Source: Klebsormidium nitens
Taxonomy: Eukaryota; Plantae; Klebsormidiophyceae
Length of the DNA stretch: 34,595 nt
Assembly (NCBI GenBank): GCA_000708835.1
Contig: DF237073.1
Coordinates: 152,200-186,794, forward strand
Reading direction: 5' to 3'
Position 1 is the first letter of the stretch. Each line of letters begins with the position of its first letter. The position numbers and the translations under genes were made by a program. The notes below the pieces were generated by a model, which ran no database searches, was not told the origin of the DNA, and saw only the letters and a program-made list of their open reading frames with translations. Below are positions 33,995-34,595 of this stretch, piece after piece.

Positions 33995-34595
33995 ACCGGG
34001 TACCCGGTAAAGTGCATCTTCGGATTCAACCGGCATGCGGACTCCGGAGATACCGTACTCCCCGGTGATGATTCCGACTGAATAAAAAATTAAGATCTTA
34101 TCTGCATTCGGAAAGTCAGAAATTCAGATTTGGCATTTGGAAAGCGCAAATTCTGAAAGATTTAGATAAATCTGAAAAAGATGTTGAAAGCCGAGAACCC
34201 GCCAGAATCTGCAGAATCAGCCTTAAAACTCTTCGGATTCTGTTCGGAATAACCATAAATAATTCACCTGCTCTGGTCGGATTGTTGGAAAACATTTCCA
34301 AACAAATCCATTCGGAATGATCAGTGGGGAGTACGGTACGGTACGTGCCTTTCGGCTTTGGTGTACGGTACGCTGGGTGTACGATTTGTACCGGTCCTCC
34401 CCAGAGCGCGAGCCTACCTGGGTAGGTAGGTACTACGTAGGTACCTACTGGGGTCTGGGTAGGTACCTTATTGTTCAAGGCTTCAAGCCTCAAAGACGAA
34501 TCGCACGGTACCTACCGTAGGTCAATGTCCGGTGCCAGTTTCCGGAAACGCGTTCACGGTCGCGGTTCAAGCTGCCAGCTGGCACAGCTGCAATT
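33995..34595. repeat. Palindrome- and GTAC-rich repeat-like segment, possibly a non-autonomous mobile element
   Basis: Five TTCGGA (34019, 34107, 34232, 34243, 34311), eleven GTAC within 34331-34511, and four perfect 12-14 bp palindromes. No terminal repeats or TSD could be defined; the window ends here. Confidence 0.4.

Overview
Eukaryotic, intron-rich nuclear DNA of a green-lineage organism. GC-rich exons, ~50% GC GT-AG introns, plant-type protein families and a plant telomere motif suggest a streptophyte alga such as Klebsormidium (inference). I spliced six protein genes by hand from GT/AG sites and phase continuity: PRP18 (-, 2 exons), NF-X1-like NFXL1 (+, 3 exons), a ~1420-aa BAH+RRM protein resembling ANTI-SILENCING 1 (ASI1/IBM2; -, 11 exons over 8.7 kb), a ~934-aa kinesin (+, 13 exons, KIF12/kinesin-16-like), a small unknown putatively N-myristoylated protein (-), and an L-cysteine desulfhydrase (-, 2 exons). 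The most interesting signals: (i) the ASI1-like protein has a ~1000-aa insertion with an array of basophilic kinase-type sites and a PNUTS-like PP1 docking motif; (ii) several introns contain 120-155 bp tandem ghost copies of neighbouring exon junctions, including one apparently newly born exon; (iii) the kinesin switch II reads DLAGYE rather than DLAGSE; (iv) a palindrome/GTAC-rich repeat-like element lies at the right end. Family assignments come from recalled motifs, not database searches. No rRNA, tRNA, CRISPR array or intact transposon was found.
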